Origin: Antedon mediterranea
Taxonomy: Eukaryota > Animalia > Echinodermata
DNA: 64,000 nucleotides
Assembly: GCF_964355755.1 (NCBI RefSeq)
Contig: NC_092675.1
Location: 7,187,812-7,251,811 of the forward strand
Direction: 5' to 3'
Part shown: in pieces, positions 12,310 through 24,090 of the stretch
Position numbering within the stretch: position 1 is the first letter of the stretch
Layout of the letters: every line of letters begins with the position of its first letter
Notes under the pieces: model-generated
Told to the model about the DNA's origin: nothing
Database searches by the model: none
Seen by the model: the letters and a program-made list of their open reading frames with translations, nothing else
Position numbers and translations under genes: made by a program

Positions 12310-13180
12310 CTTAGCGTCTGTATTATATAAGGGGTTTGAATCTATTTTGATCAGTCATTGCGGTAACTCATTGGAATCCAATGACTACCAATTTGCATTT
12401 AAAGCGACATTCGACTGATACGTGTATCTTTGTATTAAAACATGTAATTGCCTACTACAATAGAAATGGTAGTCCAGTTTTTGCCTGCTTTCTAGATGCC
12501 AGTAAGGTTTTTGATCGAGTCAATCACTGGACTCTTTATAATAAGCTCATTAACAATGGTACGAATCTTTGTATTGGTAAATTGCTCAAATGTTGGTATG
12601 AGAAACAGAGTTTTGTGATACGTTGGGGAAACTCTGTTTCAAATCCATTTACAGTATCCAATGGAGTTAGACAGTGTGGGATTATGTCCTCTGTCCTTTA
12701 TAACATATATATTATAAGTACTCTTAATCGTAGACTAAGTGGTTTGTGTCAGGGTTGCCAATGTAGAAACATTGTCTTGAATCATCTTAGTTATGCGGAT
12801 GATCTTGTTCTACTTGCCCCCTCAGTTGCTGGTCTCCAGCAATTGGTACATGTTTGTAAGTGTTTTCGCAAGAGAATGATGTTTTATTTAATGATAAGAA
12901 ATCGTTTTGTATGCGTTTCTGTCCTCGTACTTGCAAACTTGAAGATAATTCTATTACTAAACTTTTTGGTAAAAAACTTGCTTATTGGTCATTCTTATGT
13001 GTGATTGCAGTGATGAGGCCGACATTCATAGTCAGTACAGATCTTTGTGTATTACTCACTCAATCGCAAATTTATGAAATGCTCTACCAATGTTAAATGT
13101 TGTCTTTAGATCTTACTTTATTAATATGTATTGTGCAGCCCTTTGGTGCAACTATCGTATGAGACTATTAGATCTCTTAA
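12310..13180 (+). mobile_element. Non-LTR retrotransposon RT fragment, degenerate
   Basis: CFLDASKVFDRVNHW, NGVRQ.GI.S, LSYADDLVLLAPS..GLQ. Confidence 0.9.
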
Positions 13181-13183
13181 TGT

Positions 13184-13625
13184 AGGGTGTCTAGAAAACT
13201 CAGATCTCAGATATATCTGAGTTTTCTAGATCTAGAAAACTCAGATATCTGACTTTTCTAGATCTAGAAAACTCAGAGCTCAACGTGTGTACCTATTCCC
13301 AACTTGGCTAACTTGTACCTCAACCAACTCGTACCCACGCCAACTCGTACATGCCTCATTATTAAGCCTATATTTTAACGGTAACATGCACTGTATTTTC
13401 TTTATGATTTAAGCCGTATTCCGCTTCTACATGTTATAATATTAGTAAGAAAACGTACACAGTTATCAGTTTTAATAATACTCTAGTATTTAAATGACCT
13501 ACCCGCTGATTAATAATGGAACGATCCAAATGACCTACCAACCAATCAATGATGATCTGAGTTTTCTAGTTCCATTTTTGAACTAGAAAAGTCAGATATT
13601 GATATCTGAGTTTTCTAGATCAATT
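13184..13625. repeat. Palindromic repeat cluster (CTAGAAAACTCAGA units), MITE-like
   Basis: Direct and inverted copies at 13190-13280 and 13555-13620. Confidence 0.6.
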
Positions 13626-14140
13626 TTGTGATATGATGTCATCGTAAGCCAATCAAAGCTGAGCTTTCTCGCGATTGGCATTGCTCACGGTTGAAGGATT
13701 GGATTCTGGCTGATTTGATTGGTGGATGCGAATCACCCGCAGCGAAATGTTTTCTCTCGTGCGTGTACCATATGTATTTTATAAGCATTTAATAACATGT
13801 TTTATTGATATTTTCAATGGTGATATATAAAATAAATTACTAAAAAACGTAATTATATGTAATTATTTTAACCAAAAATGGCGTAGTTAATAGAATTGTC
13901 GACTGAGGCCGCAAATTGGTTTACTTCTTTCGTGGCTAAAAACGATCATTTTCGGCGATGTTTTAGACTCTATATTTCTGAAAACTACAAGTCAGATTTT
14001 CCTAATCCTTTCTTTATTGTAATATGAATACAACATACTAACAGATAATGTTGGTTTGGTTTTAATTTTGCATCGTTATCCCATATAAGACAATATGACT
14101 ATGCAATCCTAGAACATATATTGATCAGGTGTATTACAGA

Positions 14141-14645
14141 TAGGGAGGTTTCGCAACCTTACGAATACGATAACGAAAACGGATAACGTCATACATTTGT
14201 GAAACTTTTGAGCTGATCCCCATTTCATATTCGTAAAGCGTATTCGTGTTGACGAATATCACCAGTCATATTCGTAACTACAAAACGAGTATAGTTTTTG
14301 ATCTATTTTGCACATTATTGCATTTGAATCAGGAATGATTCATGATTATAATATAATTATAGATTTATTGAAAGTAATTTACTAAAGTAATTTACTAAAA
14401 TCAATTTTGATAAATAGCAGTTTTTAAAGTCCTCACTCGCTTTGATGTTACGCTAGGCCTAGGCAGCCAAGCACCAAGCAACACGTACCTGCGCTTCGCT
14501 CAAATTTACCGCAGTCATATTTTGGACGCGCCTCAATATTTCGTTGCCATGCGAAACAGATTTTTTTATGGCTTATGAAAACGAATACGTGTGCGTGACG
14601 TATCCGTTTTCGTTATCGTATTCGTAAGATTGCGAAACCTCTCTA
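14141..14645. mobile_element. MITE with about 50-bp TIRs (PIF/Harbinger-ISL2EU-like)
   Basis: TAGGGAGGTTTCGCAACCTTACGAATACGATAACGAAAACGGATA mirrored at about 14601-14645. Confidence 0.85.
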
Positions 14646-14649
14646 ATGA

Positions 14650-15020
14650 AGAGGATTGTTTAGCTGTCTTAGGGACTCCTCTTCATAAATGTGATGTCCA
14701 TAGTGGCAGAACCTTTATCATCGGGTTTAATGATGATATCAATACGCTGACGTAATTTGGCAATGGCATGCCTCTCTTGTTCCGAGAGATTTTCACGTTT
14801 ATGTAGTAGTTTAGACGTAGTTTTGTACATCCTGCTCAATAGCCTGAATAAATGTTTATAAAGCTGCACAACGGGTTTTAGGTGGATTCCAGGAACTTTT
14901 TGTTTAAATTTGTTAACGTTGCCTTCGTTTTGCGTGGTGTGGCTGTCTGAATTTCGCGTAATCGTGTCTGGAGAAAGTCCTCGGGAAAGAAGTGTTTTCT
15001 CTCCTTCGGAAAAAATGTAA
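14650..15020 (-). mobile_element. Penelope-like RT N-terminal fragment
   Basis: NLSEQERHAIAKLRQRIDIIIKPDDKGSAT matches the NL...KPADKG motif. Confidence 0.75.
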
Positions 15021-15555
15021 ATATAGGTCTATAATTTTTATATAATATATATTTTTAAATTATTACCGCATTTTTGAGCAAAACAAAATCAAATTATCAA
15101 TTGTGACAATCGGTATTATTAGATATGAACTTATAATTAAGCAATATGTTATGATTGTATTTAAAAATAAATGTTGGTGTACGAATTTGTAATATAACTA
15201 CAACAATGACGTATTTTTTCGACTTATCTTTCTCAAAACAAACAAAGGATGAATTACTTAAAATCAAAAGAAATGTTTTCTCTCCTTCGGAAAAATTTAA
15301 ATATAGGTCTATAATTTTTATATAATATATTTCCTTTCACATAAATTTTTACCGCATTTTTTGCAAAGCAAAATAAAAAAATGATTAATTGTGACAATCG
15401 GTATTATTAGATAAGAACTAAGGAATAATTAAGGAATATGTTATGATTGTATTTAAAAAGAAATATTGATGTACGAATTTGGTAACTCTCATTTCTATTA
15501 TAACTACAACTATGACGTATTTTTTCGACTTATCTTCCTCAAAACAAACAAAAGA
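14990..15555. repeat. Tandem duplication of about 280 bp
   Basis: TTTTCTCTCCTTCGGAAAAA...CGACTTATCTT..CAAAACAAACAAA occurs twice. Confidence 0.85.
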
Positions 15556-15567
15556 AAAATTACTTAC

Positions 15568-15873
15568 AATCCTGAACGGTTTGAGTATCAACAATTGTAG
15601 TGTACACAATAGTTTCTTCACCTCCAACAACACCTTTACAGTAATAAGCACCAAACGCATTTTCACTTCCAATAGGAACATCTAATATTTTAGCATTGAC
15701 TGTTAAATGACTTCTCCCAGGCTGTTCTGCAGTAGAATCAGAGCTCGCTATCTTAAATGCTCTTCCAAATGTTATTGTCGTACCAGTTTCACTTGGGTAG
15801 CATTGGTACTGTCCAAAATTAGCAAAAGGTGACTTAGTGTTAAAAACTGTTAAATATGTATCAGCTGCAAAAC
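15568..15873 (-). CDS. Gene B intact exon 2 copy, N-terminal Ig-like domain
   Basis: 306-nt open frame, AG/GT sites intact, phase 1-1, homologous to 56001-56312. Confidence 0.85.
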
Positions 15874-16914
15874 CTACAATAAAATAATTATTTAACAATT
15901 TTATTAGGGTTACATAATTATTAATTGTATCTAAGTCTATTCTTGCCATTTGAGGTTACTTATCACATGCTATCGTAATTAGTTCTACTGAATGGAATTG
16001 ATAATAAATGATATTTAATGGTAATAACGAATTGTTATATTGAACATGAACACAATTTTAGGATTTTGTGCAACAAAGTTGTTGATTGATTTTCATTCAA
16101 AATCCAACCTGTGGTATGCACAGTCTGTAACTGTTCTACTGTCTGCATCTAAAATTGGAGAAAACTGCCTATTTGAAATTACATAGCCCTCTTGTTTTTT
16201 TTAATGGCCTAGCCCTCTGTTTTTTTTAATAGCCTAGCCCCTGTTTTTTTAATGGCCTAGTCCCCTGGCCTTTTATAGCCTTTAACATTGATTAAAAGTG
16301 CAAACTGTGTATTAATGAACAAGTTTACTTTACGACAAAACAATTAAACAATATTTAGGTATTGAAGATTATTTCATGAGTTGAACTATTTACTGCAGCC
16401 TATTAACTATTGGATAGATTAAATGGATTACATGCCATCAACTCTTGCGAAAATTTTATTATTAAATGGTTCCAGTTGAAAATCTGAAAAACTAACATTG
16501 ATTTTACTATTGAATCATGGAAGTAACTCCATGATTAAATTTTTTAATTAACACGTTTAATTTTTATATATTGGGACATACTTTTTTTTAAATAGTCCAT
16601 TAGCTAGTCTAAATGTTCTTAAAGAAAGTCATTTTAAATGTGCCAGATCATTCTGTTGCCGTTCATTTTGATGGCTAGTTATGAACACTTTTAAAATACT
16701 TAAATATAATTTACTCACCATTGTACACTTATTGTGTAATATGAGGCCCATATATACTAGGATGCCCATATATACTAGGATGCCCATATATACTAGGATG
16801 CGATAACAATCAATGATAAACATATATTTTTAAGCATAATGGATATTTTATAGTCTAGGATAAAACCTTTTGAATTATTTTGTTTCATAGAACATCATCG
16901 ATCATCGTCGTACA

Positions 16915-17370
16915 TAACTAAGGGCGTGGTCTAGGTATTCACAGGTCCCCAGGGCACAGAGAACTATATTTCACAACAGGCCTAGGATATGCCCAAAATG
17001 AGTTTTACTCACTGAGCTCGCCATGATTTATGCAATTCATTCTGTTCAAAGGATAGGTGTAATTGATTAAAACTTAAACGACGCGACCAGTTGATACAGT
17101 TGGCCGGCTGCCGAGACTAAACACGCAGGTTGCGTAGTTGATATGTGACGTAACAACTCGCGGAACATGGCTGCTGAGACGTCAATATACTATTATTTTT
17201 TGCCCTTGTTTAGTGTTTATTCTTAAAATTCATGAAAGTGATATAGCCTATCGTGTGCGGCCCATCAAGAAACATTAGTGTGCCAAATGTGAGCACATAC
17301 CATTCAGCGGTTTCGGAAAAGATACGTAAAATTAGTCGACAAATTTAGTAGCAGCAATATATATATATCC
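16915..17370 (-). mobile_element. Dispersed repeat, Helitron-like; second copy at about 47400-47768
   Basis: Clear homology between the two sites; the 47768 end reads A|TCTATATA on the minus strand. Confidence 0.6.
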
Positions 17371-17461
17371 ACCAGTATACAGTAGGCACAGCTATGTACA
17401 GATACATTCAGCCATACCCCGCCGAGAGTCTGTCCAATCGAATTGGAACAATACAATGAAA

Positions 17462-17640
17462 GCCCCAGTGGTCTAATGGTTAGAACATCTGCATATCAAG
17501 CAGAAGGTTCCGGGTTCGAATCTCAGTTAGGGCTTTCTCATTCTCACAGGTTTCGTCATTTTTATTGTTTCTAATTAATTAAATTTCATTATATCACCGG
17601 GCGGATTAGAATTTATTCTGTGCCTGTGATGTTTATATAC
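17462..17640 (+). mobile_element. tRNA-derived SINE; second copy on minus strand at about 41460-41586
   Basis: A box TGGTCTAATGG, B box GGTTCGAATC, tRNA-like arms, (TA)-rich tail. Confidence 0.75.
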
Positions 17641-17859
17641 TGTATATATATATACAGTATATAAATCCAAAGGTAAATTACTGAAAAAATGTCAATGCTG
17701 TGGGTATCATGTGGCTGGATCTCAATGGAGATACAAAAAAAAACCCAAAAAACTAAAGCAAAACGATAAAGTAAAACAGCCAGAAAAGTTAGCAGAGCTT
17801 TCGGGCAACACTAGCCCCTCATCTGTATATTTATATATATATATATGTGTGTGTTTAAA

Positions 17860-18674
17860 ATAGGCGTCATATTGGATTTCAAGATGGCGGCTGTTTACAA
17901 CTTTAATAACAATATAATAATTTGGAATCCTCAGTCTCACAAACATAGGTATAGACATCGTTTTTAACTTTCTATGTTACTTATAAGTCAAGTTATAAGC
18001 CAAAATACGTTTTAAATGGCGGCCATCTTGGATTTCAACATGGCGGCTGAAATAGAATATTTACAACTTTTTAGTAACAATATATTTAGAATCCTCAGTA
18101 TCACAAACATAGGTAAAGACATCATTTTTAACCTACTATGTTACTTAAAAGTTAAGTTAATAAGGCAAAATATGTTTTAAATGGCGGCCATCTTGGATTT
18201 CAAACATGGCGGCTGAAATAGATTATTTAGAACTTTAATAACAGTATATTTGGAATCTTCACTATCACAAACATAGGTATAGACACCATTTTTAACTTGC
18301 TACGTCACTTAAAAGTCAATTTATAAGTCAAAATACGTTTTAAATGGCGGCCATCGTGGATTTCAACATGGCGGCTGAAATAGAATATTTACAACTTTTA
18401 ATAACAATATATTTGGAATCTTCACCATCACAAACATAGGTATAGACACCATTTTTAACTTGCTACGTCACTTAGAAGTCAAGTTATAAGCCAAAATAAG
18501 TCTGAAATGGCGGCCATTTTGTTTTTCACATTTTAAGGGTGAAGATCTAAAAATTGAGCCGGGTAAACAGCAGATTTGAATTCAGCACCCCGAAATTACC
18601 CTAAAACACATGTTTTTTTGCTTTTAACACGAAATGCCTACAGCATTTCATTTTTCTCAAATCTGGACAGTCTA
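17860..18674. mobile_element. Truncated end of a third Academ-like element with about 177-bp tandem subterminal units
   Basis: About 3.5 tandem units containing AAATGGCGGCCATCTTGGATTTCAACATGGCGGC; ends ...AGTCTA exactly where the exon-2 homology begins. Confidence 0.65.
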
Positions 18675-18729
18675 ATAGAAATATCTAATACTCTAGCATC
18701 AGAAAATTTACCACTATGAACTGTCCCAG
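18675..18729 (-). pseudogene. Continuation of disrupted exon 2 of gene B
   Basis: [18 protein letters not shown], nearly identical to gene A 56105-56159; bounded on both sides by transposon ends. Confidence 0.88.
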
Positions 18730-21700
18730 TAGTCCAGTATGAAATGTAGCGATATGATAAGTTGCATTTTTTTTTGCTATATTTGGTAAAAATTGGATAT
18801 GTTGTAGAATACACATCACTGAATCCAAAAAGTATTTGCTCCATTTTTTTTTTCATACGCAAGGGGGGTTGGCAGCCATTTCAAAATGGCCGCCATTTTG
18901 GACAAAATATTGTAAGTATATGGCATTAAAAGATGTTATCGAGATAGAAATTCAATCATAAAAGTAAAAATAAATGTTCAAATAATATTTCACATCATTT
19001 TTGTAACTGAACAAGTCAAAATGGCCGCCATTATGCCCAAAATGGCTGCCATTTTATCCAATATGGCCATCATTTTATCTAAAATGGCCACATATATCAA
19101 TCAAATATTTCTTTCAACTTTTATTCACATATATTTGGTAAAAATTAGATATGTTGTAGAATAGACATCACTGAATCCAAAAAGTATTTGCTCCATTTTT
19201 TTTTCATACGCAAGGAGGATTGGCAGCCATTTAAAAATGGCCCCAATTTTGGACAAAATTGTTTCAAATATTGTAAGTTTATGACATTTAAAGATGTTAT
19301 CGAGATAGAAATTCAATCATAAAAGTAACAATAAATGTTCAAATAATATTTCATATTTGTGTAACAGAAAAAGCCAAAATGGCAGACATTTCAACCAAAA
19401 TGGCCGCCATTTCATCCAACATGGCCGCCATTTTTATCTGAAATGGCTACATAATCAAATTGGTTTTTTTTAACTTTAATTAAATACATAGGCTATAACA
19501 TAATGATATTTGTGTTTAATTACTTTAATTATTCGTCGTCATTTTAGCCATCACTATCACTGTCCGAATCGGATGTAGACAACAATGGTCATATGTTGAT
19601 TTGATTTGAATTCATTTGGAAAATCATCATAAAAAATACATACAAAGTGATAACATAAATTACGGACATTACATATAATACATTTATAAAAGATTTTCCA
19701 GGATAGCCCAAAAAGCTTATTTCCATTGGGATCCTTTACAATCTAAAATAAAAACATTACAAAATATTGCATTAAACACGTAAATATAACAAAAACAATA
19801 ATATAAAAAACAAGTTAAATTAAAGACTATGATTGACTTATATAGTTATTTGGTAGAACAGAAATGTGATTTAACATTTTTCTTAAAATTAAATTTGTTT
19901 TCTATTTGCTGAATGGAATGAGGTAGGTTATTCCATGCCTTTATGCCTGTATAATAAAACGTAGATATTTGACTATCAGATTTAGGAACTGAAAATCCAT
20001 TGACCTTACTTCTAGTCATATAATGGTGGTTAGATGAAACTCTTTTAGACTTTTCAGTTAAATAAGGTACTGATTTTCCATAAAAAATCTTATGAACATG
20101 ATTAAGTTTGAGTTGGCAAATTCTATCCTCTAGACATAATTGACCGATTTGGTTCAGTTCGTCTTTACCAATATGTGCACGATCATTTTTATTTAATATA
20201 AACCTAGCAACTTTATTTTGACTGGTTTGAAGTCTGTTATTCACGTCTGCTTCGCATTTACACATCTCGGTACATTATAGATCCATATATTGGCCTGGAG
20301 ATGTGCACGTAGTATGTGCTGGTGCAACGCTCCAGAAGTTGGTGGCAATTTTTCCACACCTTGATTATTTGGCAGTGTTTTGAACCGCTGACACCCTTTT
20401 AGTTCCAAGAAGACTGCACAGAAACTTCTCGCATCCTGCCTTCCCATTGAAAGATGGCATATTGTCTTTTCCGAGTTTGACTAGAGCTTCTATGATGTGA
20501 GGAGGTGACTTCATATACAATCTTAAAAGCTGTTTTTTTCCTGTGACCCGTAACACCACATCCAGTGATAGCATAGAAACCTGGTAGTCCGGCTGCCTTT
20601 TCTGGTCCAAGGTGATCGTATATTGGTTGAAGAGTAATTCTTCTTCCTGTTTCAGCTGTGCCTGAGTGTTAAAATTCCAGTATTTTCCCCCAACTGTTGT
20701 AGGCGCCTTAGAATTAAAACAAACCAGTCGGTATCTTGCGTGAAGAAGTCGACTTCATTTCCTGGTGTAGATGCTATTTCAATGCCATGAGGGATCATTA
20801 GTGTGTCTACCTCCTCTTGGGTGTTCACGTGACTGTTACAATAGGATGATTAATATCACCTCAGCCTGTGAATCGCTATCTCATCATCGATGGAATGGCA
20901 GTTGTTCAAACTCTTATGAATGTTCAGACTTTTACCACCTGCAAAGATTTTGTGGAGGCATTTGTAGCCTGCATAGATTCTCTACTTAACAAATACATTT
21001 ATGTTGGTGGACGTGTTGTCTTTGACAATTATGAGAAGACACTTTCGCTTAAAGACGATATCCGATATCAATCATCTCCTCCTAACATTGTGGAAATTAT
21101 TGTGGAAGATTCCACACTGAATAAAAACAAAGCAATATTCTTGTCAAGCAACACGACAAAAGATCAACTCACAATTTATCTTGCCGACAAATCAGTACGA
21201 AATTGTAAACATCCTATTGTAACAGTCATGCGACAAGATGAACACAAACACACCTGAACATTCCCCAACACCTGTGAGCACCCAAAGAAGAGGTAGATAT
21301 ACTAATGATCCCTCATGGTATTGAAGTAGCATCTACACCAGGAAATGAAGTCGACTTATTTGTTTTAATTTTAAGGCGCCTACAACAGTTAGGGGAAAAT
21401 TCTGGTATTTTAACAGGCACAGCTGAAACAAGAAGAATTGCTCTTTAATCAATATACGATCCCCTTGGACCGGAAAAGGCAGCCAGACTACCAGGTTTCC
21501 ATGCTATCACTGGATGTACACAGGAAAAAACAGCTTTTAAGATGTATATGAAGTCATCTCCTCACATCATAGAAGCGTTAGTCAAACTCGGAGAAGACAA
21601 TGTGCCATCTTTCAATGTGAAGGCAGGATGCGAGGAGTTTCTGTGCGGTCTTATTGAAACTAAAAGGGTGTCAGCCAAAGATTCATCAACCCTGAGATGG

Positions 21701-23265
21701 AAACGGTTCAAAACACTGCCAAATAATCAAGGTGTGGAAAAATTGCCACCAACGTCTGGAGCATTGCACCAGCACATACTACGTGCACATCTCCAGGCCA
21801 ATATATATGGAGCCATGTAACTATTGACCCAATAATTCCCGATCCATGCCAAAACTTGGCTGGTTTATAGAGAACGGTAAACTAAGACCAGTATTATACG
21901 AGAAGCAAACTGCTCCAGAAGCAGTTGTGGAGCTAATACGGTGTTCATGTTTAAGTAAATGTTCCCATAATACATGCTCGTGCAAGAAAAACAATCTACA
22001 ATATACCGAGATGTGTAAATGCGAAACAGACGAGAATAACTGTCACAATATATGACCATTGTTGTCTACATCCGATTCGGACAGTGATAACGAAAGTGAC
22101 GACGAATAAGTAAAGTAATTAAACACAAATATTATTATGTTGTTATGTTGGTTCCTTTATAGCCCATGTATTTAATCAAAGTTAAAGAAAAAACAGTTTT
22201 ATTATGTGGCCATTTCAGATAAAAATGGCGGCCATGTTGGATAAAATGGCGACCATTTTGGTTGAAATGTCAGCCATTGTTCTGTTACACAAATGATGTG
22301 AAATATTATTTGAACATTTATTGTTACTTATATGACTGAATTTCCATCTCGATAAAACATCTTTTAATGCCATAAACTTACAATATTTAAAAAAAATTTG
22401 TCAAAAATGGCGACCAATTTGAAATTGCTGCCAACCCCCCCTTGCCTATAAACACAAAATGGAGAAAATACTTTTTGGATTCAGTGATGTCTATTCTACA
22501 ACATATCCAATTGTAAATATAGGTGAATAAAAAAATATTTGATTGATATATGTGGCAATTTTAGATAAAATGGTAGCCATATTGGCTAAAATGACAGCCA
22601 TTTTGGGCATAATGGCGGCCATTTTGACTTGTTCAGTTACAAATATGATGTGAAATATTATTTAAACATTTATTGTTACTTTTATGATTGAATTTCTATC
22701 TTGATAACATCTTTTAATGTCATAAACTTACAATATTTGAAACAATTTTGCCCAAAATGGCGGCCATTTTGAAATGGCTGCCAATCCCCCTTGCGTATGA
22801 AAAAAAAAAATGGAGCAAATACTTTTTGGATTCAGTGATGTCTATTCTACAACATATCTAATTTTTACCAAATATATGTGAATAAAAGTTTAAAAAAATA
22901 TTTGATTGGTATATGTGGCCATTTTAGATAAAATGGTGGCCATGTTGGATAAAATGGCAGCCATTTTGGGCATAATGCCGGCCATTTTGGCTTGTTCAGT
23001 TACAAAAATGATGAGAAATATTATGTGAACATTTATTGTTACTTTTATGATTGAATTTCTATCTCGATAACATCTTTTAATGCCATATACTTACAATATT
23101 TTGTCCAAAATGGCGGCCATTTTGAAATGGCTGCCAACCCCCCTTGCGTATGAAAAAAAAATGGAGCAAATACTTTTTGGATTCAGTGATGTCTATTCTA
23201 CAACATATCCAAATTTTATCAAATATAGCAAAAAAAAATGCAACTTTCCAAAATATCCTAGACTA
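18730..23265. mobile_element. Second Academ-type DNA transposon derivative, fold-back palindrome, inserted in exon 2 copy
   Basis: Ends TAGTCCAG...CTAGACTA, TSD CAG. Motifs IIDGMAVVQ, VVFDNY, LPPTSGALHQHILRAHLQA, APEAVVELIRCSC..KC..CSCKKNNL on + strand; part of these motifs mirrored on - strand at 20240-20855. Confidence 0.88.
19598..20236 (-). mobile_element. Non-LTR retrotransposon 3' fragment (CR1/L2-like) nested in left arm of Academ element 2
   Basis: LQTSQNKVARFIL...TFYYTGIKAWNNLP..I...FKKNVK; absent from the right arm. Confidence 0.8.
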
Positions 23266-23426
23266 CAGGCTGTTCTGCACTATAGAATCAGAGCTCGCTA
23301 TCTTAAATGCTCTTCCTAATGTTATTGCTGTACTAGCTTCACTTGGGTAGCAAATGAACACTCCTCCATTAGCGAAAGGTGAATTATGGTTAAAAATTGT
23401 TAAATGTGTACTACTAGATACAAAAC
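23266..23426 (-). pseudogene. Disrupted copy of exon 2 (5' part) of gene B
   Basis: [24 protein letters not shown]...[11 protein letters not shown]; 2-nt insertion relative to gene A; cut by transposon at CAG. Confidence 0.88.
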
Positions 23427-24090
23427 CTACAATTCAATAGAATACATAATTACTTTACTTTATTATGACAATTAATAAGAAAATTATTAACTAAGCTGAA
23501 TAAAATATAAACAAATATACCTGGTTACAAATTTGAAATGCATTGGCAATTCAATCTACAATCAAGAGAAAACAAAAAGATAGAGCTTGGCCACCACAGC
23601 ATTAGCCTACGTAATATGCATGCATGCAAGATCGCTCAATGGTGAAACAAAAAATACAGTAGGCCTACATAGATAATTCGAATGACATATCATTATTGTA
23701 TCCAGGCCTACTTCTTACAACACATATAGAGAATTGGTATGTTTAATATTTGGTATCACATAAAAAAGTGTTAAGGCGTTGGTTGGTTGGTTGATTGACT
23801 GTGCAGTTAGAGTCTTAGATGTAAAATTAAAAAAACATCCCTACAACATTGGCTTAGCCTTTAATATTTCACCATACTTTAAATGACTAAACTAGCCATT
23901 AAAAATATGTGTATTCTATCACGAACGATTGGAATGATATGGTTATCAATACTCACATACTGCTGTATGCAACCACTATGAAATATGGAATTATGGAATG
24001 TTTAGGGCCTACACCTACACCCCGACCTACACTGTTGCGATCCCTTCTTTCCTATGTATTCTCAAAGACAATAAAAACAGAAAACGTTAC

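Noticed and set aside
17462-17535. Functional tRNA gene
   Set aside because: Imperfect acceptor and T stems and an atypical anticodon loop; it continues into a tail shared with a second degenerate copy at about 41460-41586, so it is a SINE head.
20365-22055. Host XPG/FEN1 or tesmin-like gene
   Set aside because: Fragments are frameshifted, intronless, mirrored and enclosed by TIRs with a TSD, so they are transposon coding remnants.
23521-23556. Possible micro-exon in gene B intron 1
   Set aside because: It has AG/GT-like borders but gives an immediate stop in the phase set by exon 1, and has no counterpart in gene A.
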